DNA of 32,000 bases from Wolbachia endosymbiont strain TRS of Brugia malayi. GTDB lineage: Bacteria > Pseudomonadota > Alphaproteobacteria > Rickettsiales > Anaplasmataceae. Below the pieces are notes generated by a model, which did no database searches, had not been told where the DNA came from, and worked only from the letters and a program-made list of their open reading frames with translations. The position numbers and the translations under genes are program-made. Every line of letters begins with the position of its first letter. The first letter of the stretch is position 1. Of the stretch, positions 26,505 to 32,000 are shown piece by piece. The stretch is taken from NCBI RefSeq assembly GCF_000008385.1, contig NC_006833.1, forward strand, positions 990,001 through 1,022,000. Direction: 5' to 3'.

Positions 26505-27967
26505 TATCTTGATTGTGCTTCTCCTTGTGCCCTTCCCATTGAGTTTACGTGATTATTAACTTTTACATCATTACACTCACTTGTTGGTTGGGCATTATTC
26601 ACAGAACTTTGTTGAGCTTCATATTCAGCATTACTCCAAGTACTAAAATCATATTCACTACCAACAACAGAACCTTTCATAGGTTGTCCTGAAGACCCTC
26701 TATTAGAAACAGATTTTGTAGCATGTTGAGTTGAAGCTTCCCCGTTAAAAACATATTCCTGAGCTAGTTGTTCTGGAGTCTCTCTACTAAAAACAGAACT
26801 TTGAGCAGGTCGCCTTGAAGTATTGTCGTTGGAAACAAATCCTCGATTAGATTGCCTTAAAGTTTTCTTACAAGTATTATTCTTACCTTGACCTTTCATT
26901 TCTTTCCAATCACTGTTATCTCTTTGAGTATCCTTCAGTTCCATTGAATTTGTTGCAGGCTGCCCTGAAGCAGTTGGACGTACAGCAATCAATTCTTCCA
27001 CTTGTTTATTTTCCTCCACTTTTGTCTCTTTTACCTCACAATTTTCCCTATTCACATCATGTTCAGGCCCATGAATCATCTTTTTTAGAGAATCCCGTAA
27101 AAGGTTCTGCTCTTCTGGCTTAAGTGGAGGAATAATTAGTCTATTTGACTGACCACGAGCTGGGATTAAGAAAAGAGATATTGGCAAGATTCGCAATTTC
27201 TCATCTTCACCTACTTTTATTCCTATTTCTTTACAAACCTCTACTTCTTTTTTCGACGACGTTTTTTCCGCCTTTTTGTCTTCTTCTTTAGCTGTCCCTG
27301 TTCCTTCCGCTGCAACCACTAGCTCAACTGCAAAGATCTCAGCAACCATTGCTACAATCCATCCAGCTACTGCCATTTGAAGTTTCAATTTGAGCTCACG
27401 CAGGGCTTCTAGCTTTCCCAGTACTGCTACTTCCTCTTCTTTGGAGAAACCACCACTTAGCAACTTTTCTTCTAATTCTTTTATCTCTTTATCGACCCTC
27501 TCATCAAAACTTAAATCGCAAGAAAAGACCTTCTCAACTAATTCCTTAAGCTTATCATGCAAAAATTTAATTATCGCAGCAAGCCAGTTTTTCTCCCTTT
27601 TTCCATTGATCATCTCGTAGGTTTTTGGGTCTAACTCTATTTCAAATTCACTTAATAAAGATTGAAAAAACTTCCCAAGTTCCGCCAATGTTTCTTCTAC
27701 TATACCACCATCTGTTGGATTATCATCACCCAGCATTACTGGAGTAAACATTCCTTGTATTTCACTGCTCGCTTCCTTCCCTAACCCTTCATATTCCTGC
27801 TTTTGCAGCTCAATCTTCTTAAAAAGCTCCTCGGTTACCCCTTTGAGTTCATTTACTTCCTGAGCCTTATTTAAATCTTCTGGACAGATTTTTCCTTGGA
27901 AAATTGAACTGTCGCTTGAATTATTGTTATTAGTGAAATCGTTCATAATGTTAATCTCTTCTGCCAT
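26504..27967 (-). CDS. Orphan hypothetical protein with an acidic helical N-terminal half, one hydrophobic segment, a Lys/Glu-rich linker, and a Ser/Asn/Gln-rich C-terminus with degenerate repeats
   Basis: The track ORF starts at a TTG (27970); the adjacent ATG at 27965-27967 is the more likely start. The hydrophobic segment MAVAGWIVAMVAEIFAVELVVAA is encoded at ~27300-27380. A repeated VSN-x3-S(G/R)(Q/R)P unit is visible at both the DNA and protein level at 26681, 26807 and 26957. I recognise no family. Confidence 0.7.
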   Translation of the reverse strand: MAEEINIMNDFTNNNNSSDSSIFQGKICPEDLNKAQEVNELKGVTEELFKKIELQKQEYEGLGKEASSEIQGMFTPVMLGDDNPTDGGIVEETLAELGKFFQSLLSEFEIELDPKTYEMINGKREKNWLAAIIKFLHDKLKELVEKVFSCDLSFDERVDKEIKELEEKLLSGGFSKEEEVAVLGKLEALRELKLKLQMAVAGWIVAMVAEIFAVELVVAAEGTGTAKEEDKKAEKTSSKKEVEVCKEIGIKVGEDEKLRILPISLFLIPARGQSNRLIIPPLKPEEQNLLRDSLKKMIHGPEHDVNRENCEVKETKVEENKQVEELIAVRPTASGQPATNSMELKDTQRDNSDWKEMKGQGKNNTCKKTLRQSNRGFVSNDNTSRRPAQSSVFSRETPEQLAQEYVFNGEASTQHATKSVSNRGSSGQPMKGSVVGSEYDFSTWSNAEYEAQQSSVNNAQPTSECNDVKVNNHVNSMGRAQGEAQSR

Positions 27968-28067
27968 CAAACTTAATAATTTAATTTTATAGTACTAAAT
28001 ATTTAATGTGTATTAATCCTAAACGCATCAATAAAGTTACTTACTTTTTTAAATGATGCACATTATA

Positions 28068-30005
28068 TCACAGATTATTTATCCTTCCAATAATATTTTT
28101 GATTTTAGCTGCTTCTTCAAATTCTAAGTTCTTGGCATGTGCTAACATCTGTTTTCTTAAACTGCTTACAGTATCCTTGTTCATACCGATTGTTGTTACC
28201 TTCACCACCACTTTTTCTTTTAAAGTATTTGATATAGGTTTTATTATAGTCTTGGGTAAAACATTATGCAAGACACTATATTTCTTTTGTTTTTTTCTTC
28301 TCCTTTCAGTTTCTTTTAATGCACGATCCATGGAACCAGTGACTTTATCTGCATATAAAATTGCCCTGCTTTCAGCATTACGTGCAGCACGACCGATCGT
28401 TTGAATGAGTGAAGTCTCTGATCGCAAAAATCCTTCTTTATCAGCATCCAGAATTGCAACCAAACCACACTCTGGAATATCAAGACCCTCCCGCAGCAAG
28501 TTAACACCGATTAGAACATCAATTTCTTTCGATCTTAATTTGTATACAATGTCAATTCTCTCTAGCGCACTAATATCTGAATGCAAATAACTCACTTTCA
28601 TATTTAACTCGCTCATATGCTCAGCCAGCTTTTCTGCCATTTTTTTGGTCAATGTAGTAATTAGAACACAAAATCCTCTCTTTATTGTCACTTGCGCCTC
28701 GTGAACCACATCGTAAACTTGAGCCTCAGCTGGTTTCACAATGCAGATTGGATCTGTAATTCCTGTTGGACGAATAACTTGCTCTACGAACAAGTTATTC
28801 GTCCTTGCCAACTCATATTTTCCGGGAGTGGCTGAAATGTAAATAGTCTGCGGCCGCATTGACTCCCACTCCTTAAACTTTAACGGACGGTTATCGAAAG
28901 CAGAAGGAAGCCGGAAGCCGTGGTCGATCAATTTTTTTTTACGTGATTCATTACCATTATACATTGCACCAATCTGAGGAACAGTAACATGACTTTCATC
29001 AACAAACAAAATTACATCCTCAGGTAAATATTCAAACAATGTAGGCGGTGCATCTCCAGCTTCCATTCCATAGAGATAACGCGAATAATTTTCAATACCT
29101 TTACACGTTCCTGTTGCTACCATCATTTCGATATCAAAATTGGTACGCTGTTCAAGGCGTTGTGCTTCAACAATTTTGTTTTGCGAGTAGTAATAATCCA
29201 AGCGTTCATTCAGCTCTTCTCTAATTGGCTGAACCGCACGCAACAGAGTCTCACGTGATGTAATATGATAGCTATTGGGAAAAATGGTGATTTTATCTAT
29301 GCATTTGATAATATTACCCGTTATAGCATTAATTTCAGAGATCCCTTCTATCTCATTACCAATCAGCAATAAACGCCAAGCTTTGTCTTCATAATAGGCA
29401 GGAAATATATCGATAACATCGCCGCGCATTCTAAAATATCCTCTCTCAAATCTGATATCAGAGCGCTTATACTGGAGATTAGCTAAATCATTCAGGAAAT
29501 CATTAATACGAATTCTATCCCCAGTACTTAAAGTTATGGTCATACTGAGGTAGCTTTCAGGCGAACCAAGACCGTATATGCAGGAAACACTGGCAACTAC
29601 AATTGTATCCCTGCGCTCTAAAAGGGAGCAAACGGCAGAATAACGCAGCATATCAATTCTTTCATTGATTACAGAATCTTTTTCAATATAAGTGTCAGTT
29701 TGTGGCAAATAAGCTTCAGGCTGATAGTAATCATAATAAGAAATGAAGTATTCAACAGCATTATGGGGAAAAAAACCTTTCATTTCCTCATAAAGCTGAG
29801 CTGCTAAAGTTTTATTGTGAGCAATGATGAGAGCAGGTCTGTTTGTCCTTGCAATAACATTTGCCATAGTGAAAGTCTTCCCAGAACCAGTAACTCCAAG
29901 TAAAACCTGATCTCTTTTATTGTCATTTAGTCCTGCAACTAGACTATCTATTGCCTGCGGTTGATCTCCAGCTGGTTGAAAATGCGTAACTAGTTGAAAT
30001 TTCAT
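28068..30005 (-). CDS. uvrB: Excinuclease ABC subunit B
   Basis: 645-aa ORF with [15 protein letters not shown] (Walker A), [16 protein letters not shown], helicase motifs and a C-terminal UVR domain ([20 protein letters not shown]). Confidence 0.95.
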   Translation of the reverse strand: MKFQLVTHFQPAGDQPQAIDSLVAGLNDNKRDQVLLGVTGSGKTFTMANVIARTNRPALIIAHNKTLAAQLYEEMKGFFPHNAVEYFISYYDYYQPEAYLPQTDTYIEKDSVINERIDMLRYSAVCSLLERRDTIVVASVSCIYGLGSPESYLSMTITLSTGDRIRINDFLNDLANLQYKRSDIRFERGYFRMRGDVIDIFPAYYEDKAWRLLLIGNEIEGISEINAITGNIIKCIDKITIFPNSYHITSRETLLRAVQPIREELNERLDYYYSQNKIVEAQRLEQRTNFDIEMMVATGTCKGIENYSRYLYGMEAGDAPPTLFEYLPEDVILFVDESHVTVPQIGAMYNGNESRKKKLIDHGFRLPSAFDNRPLKFKEWESMRPQTIYISATPGKYELARTNNLFVEQVIRPTGITDPICIVKPAEAQVYDVVHEAQVTIKRGFCVLITTLTKKMAEKLAEHMSELNMKVSYLHSDISALERIDIVYKLRSKEIDVLIGVNLLREGLDIPECGLVAILDADKEGFLRSETSLIQTIGRAARNAESRAILYADKVTGSMDRALKETERRRKKQKKYSVLHNVLPKTIIKPISNTLKEKVVVKVTTIGMNKDTVSSLRKQMLAHAKNLEFEEAAKIKNIIGRINNL

Positions 30006-30087
30006 AATTCCTATATTATCATATATTTATTATCTTACTAGAGTAAATAAGGTATGAAAGTGAGTGTCAATGGATACAAAAAAAACT

Positions 30088-30852
30088 CTATTTTCTCTTT
30101 TTATAGAGCTTGCTCCAAATCCTTTTGTTGGTTAGTACAACAAACACCGTTAAGATTATAAAATACGCCACTATTTTAAATCCAAGCTTATGTCGGCGCT
30201 CTAGTTCTGGCTCTGCTGCCCACTGTAAAAAATTTACTACATCGTACGCCATATTTTCAACTGTAGCTTGTCTTGCACCATCATATTCTACCATTCCTTC
30301 AGATAGCGGTGGTGCCATAGCTAATTTACCTGTTGGGAAATATGGATTAAAATATAAACCATTCTCATCTTGCTCATCGTTTCGATAGCCCGTTAAAAGC
30401 GAATAGACATAATTTGCACTATCGTGCCTCGCTTTAATAATGAGTGACAAGTCCGGTGGAATTGCACCATTATTACTTGCTGCAGCTACTTCTTTCGTAT
30501 CAAAAGGTGCAATAAAATAATCTGAAGGTATTCCAGGTCTATCGAACATTTCACCCAGATCATTTGGACCATCTTTAACTTGGTAAGAAGCTGCAATCTG
30601 CTTTACATCATCTTCAGAAAAACCAACATCTTGCAAATCACGAAACGCTATTCTATTCATTGAATGACAAGCAGCACAGACTTCCTTATATACTTTATAA
30701 CCACGCTGGATTGACTCCCTATCAAAGAATCCAGTAGCTCCATCAAAGCTCCAGTCCATTTTTTTATTTGGCGAAGGTACAAATTCTTCTGCACACACAG
30801 AGTTAGTAAGAAGTAATGCACAAGACACAGCTAATATATTCTTAACCAGCAT
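30088..30852 (-). CDS. petC: Ubiquinol-cytochrome c reductase cytochrome c1 subunit
   Basis: 254-aa ORF with a signal peptide, the heme-binding CAACHS motif and a C-terminal TM anchor. Its ATG overlaps the petB TAA by 1 nt (TAATG). Confidence 0.9.
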   Translation of the reverse strand: MLVKNILAVSCALLLTNSVCAEEFVPSPNKKMDWSFDGATGFFDRESIQRGYKVYKEVCAACHSMNRIAFRDLQDVGFSEDDVKQIAASYQVKDGPNDLGEMFDRPGIPSDYFIAPFDTKEVAAASNNGAIPPDLSLIIKARHDSANYVYSLLTGYRNDEQDENGLYFNPYFPTGKLAMAPPLSEGMVEYDGARQATVENMAYDVVNFLQWAAEPELERRHKLGFKIVAYFIILTVFVVLTNKRIWSKLYKKRK

Positions 30853-32000
30853 TATTTCATCTCAGGTACAGAATCACTTATGGTTTTTGGTAATTCCTCT
30901 GGCTTCTCATACTTACTAAGCAGTGGTAAAACTACCATAAAGTATGCAAAGTAATAAAGAGTAGAAAGCCTACTTAGAGTGATGTAAGGTTCTTTGACTT
31001 CCTGTCCCCCAAGCCAAGCAAGAAATGCAAAATTTACTGCAAAAACCAAAAAAAACTTTTTGAATAATGGGCGATAAGCACCACTTTTAACTTTTGCTTT
31101 ATCAAGCCAAGGCAATAGAAACCACACTAAAATAGACCCAAACATAGTAAGCACACCGGTAAGTTTATCTGGAATTGAGCGCAGCATTGCATAAAAAGGT
31201 AAAAAGTACCATTCTGGTACTATATGAACAGGAGTGACCATAGAATCAGCCTCTATATAATTAGAGGGATGACCAAGATAATTGGGAGCATAGAAAACAA
31301 ACGCAAATAAAACTATAAAAAACAGACCAAAAGTTATGCAATCCTTTACTATATAATAAGGGTAGAGTGGAATGGTATCCTTACCTGATTTCACTTCTAC
31401 TCCACTTGGGTTACCAGAACCAAATCTATGTAGAGCAATAATATGCAGCATAGCTAAAGCAATAATAACAAAGGGTAAAAGATAATGCAGAGCAAAAAAA
31501 CGATTAAGTGTTGGGTTATCAACGGAAAAACCACCCCATAACCACATAACTATTTTATTGCCAACTAAGGGTACTGCTGAAAATAAGTTGGTTATAACTG
31601 TTGCACCCCAAAAACTCATTTGTCCCCAGGGAAGAACATATCCCATAAATGCTGTTGCCATCATTGCAAAAAATATAAATATACCTATAAACCATACCAT
31701 TTCTCGTGGCCTTTTATAAGACCCATAATATAACCCGCGCATCATATGAACATAGACTACCATAAAGAAGAGCGACGCTCCAACAGCATGAGTGTAGCGT
31801 ATCAGCCATCCATAATTTACGTCACGCATTATGCGCTCTACGCTGTTAAATGCATGATCAACATGTGGAGTGTAGTGCATAGCAAGAAATATACCCGTTA
31901 TTATTTGTAAAATTAGCGCTATACCAGCCAAAGAACCAAAGTTCCAAGCATAATTTAAGTTTTTTGGCACTTGGTAAGAAGCAGTATGTTTTAGAAAAGA
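30852..32000 (-). CDS. petB: Ubiquinol-cytochrome c reductase cytochrome b subunit (5' end beyond the right edge)
   Basis: The track starts this ORF at a GTG (31970), but the frame stays open to base 32000 ([26 protein letters not shown]...). That stretch is part of the conserved cytochrome b N-terminus, so the true start lies outside the window. Heme-ligand His contexts are present ([22 protein letters not shown]). Confidence 0.92.
   Translation of the reverse strand, partial: SFLKHTASYQVPKNLNYAWNFGSLAGIALILQIITGIFLAMHYTPHVDHAFNSVERIMRDVNYGWLIRYTHAVGASLFFMVVYVHMMRGLYYGSYKRPREMVWFIGIFIFFAMMATAFMGYVLPWGQMSFWGATVITNLFSAVPLVGNKIVMWLWGGFSVDNPTLNRFFALHYLLPFVIIALAMLHIIALHRFGSGNPSGVEVKSGKDTIPLYPYYIVKDCITFGLFFIVLFAFVFYAPNYLGHPSNYIEADSMVTPVHIVPEWYFLPFYAMLRSIPDKLTGVLTMFGSILVWFLLPWLDKAKVKSGAYRPLFKKFFLVFAVNFAFLAWLGGQEVKEPYITLSRLSTLYYFAYFMVVLPLLSKYEKPEELPKTISDSVPEMK

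Noticed and set aside
23958-27970. Possibility that the tandem ~488-aa and ~750-aa genes are a cifA/cifB-like cytoplasmic incompatibility pair
   Set aside because: The upstream protein is similar in size to CifA. However, neither sequence resembles CifA or CifB as I remember them. The downstream protein is much shorter than CifB and shows no PD-(D/E)xK nuclease or Ulp1 deubiquitylase motifs, and no prophage context is present. An HMM search would be needed for formal exclusion.
1-32000. CRISPR arrays, IS elements or transposases, prophage genes, rRNA genes
   Set aside because: I noticed no regularly spaced short direct repeats, no transposase- or integrase-like ORFs, and no rRNA-like conserved stretches when reading both strands.

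Overview
AT-rich, gene-dense window. By my recognition of the translated housekeeping proteins it looks like a Wolbachia-type Anaplasmataceae (Rickettsiales) chromosome, but no database search was possible. The conserved core is: a FabK-like nitronate monooxygenase, cytochrome b561, FtsY, IscU-IscA-HscB-HscA, LepB, an AEC-family permease, GatA, GyrB, CutA, tRNA-Gln(UUG), HflK-HflC-DegP, UvrB, and cytochrome bc1 PetB/PetC (PetB runs off the right edge). Several less ordinary features are interspersed with this core. (1) A radA pseudogene carries multiple frameshifts and in-frame stops. (2) Four diverged copies of a ~350-bp non-coding repeat, plus a partial tandem duplication, fill the largest intergenic gaps in both orientations. 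(3) A short GGATGACA-type motif recurs in intergenic DNA, once as a 36-bp perfect palindrome and once as direct repeats bracketing an orphan gene. (4) Six lineage-specific orphan ORFs all lie on the minus strand (1-761, 16318-16914, 17541-19166, 23958-26102, 26131-26355, 26504-27967). Several are Ser-rich and low-complexity. One has a 50-residue uncharged bilobed hydrophobic domain like an inclusion-membrane protein, and three carry DSGxxS motifs. My best reading is that the orphan islands (about 15.2-19.2 kb and 23.4-28.0 kb) encode candidate host-interaction or secreted proteins, and that the repeats mark rearrangement and decay points. I saw no CRISPR array, transposase, prophage or cif-like genes.
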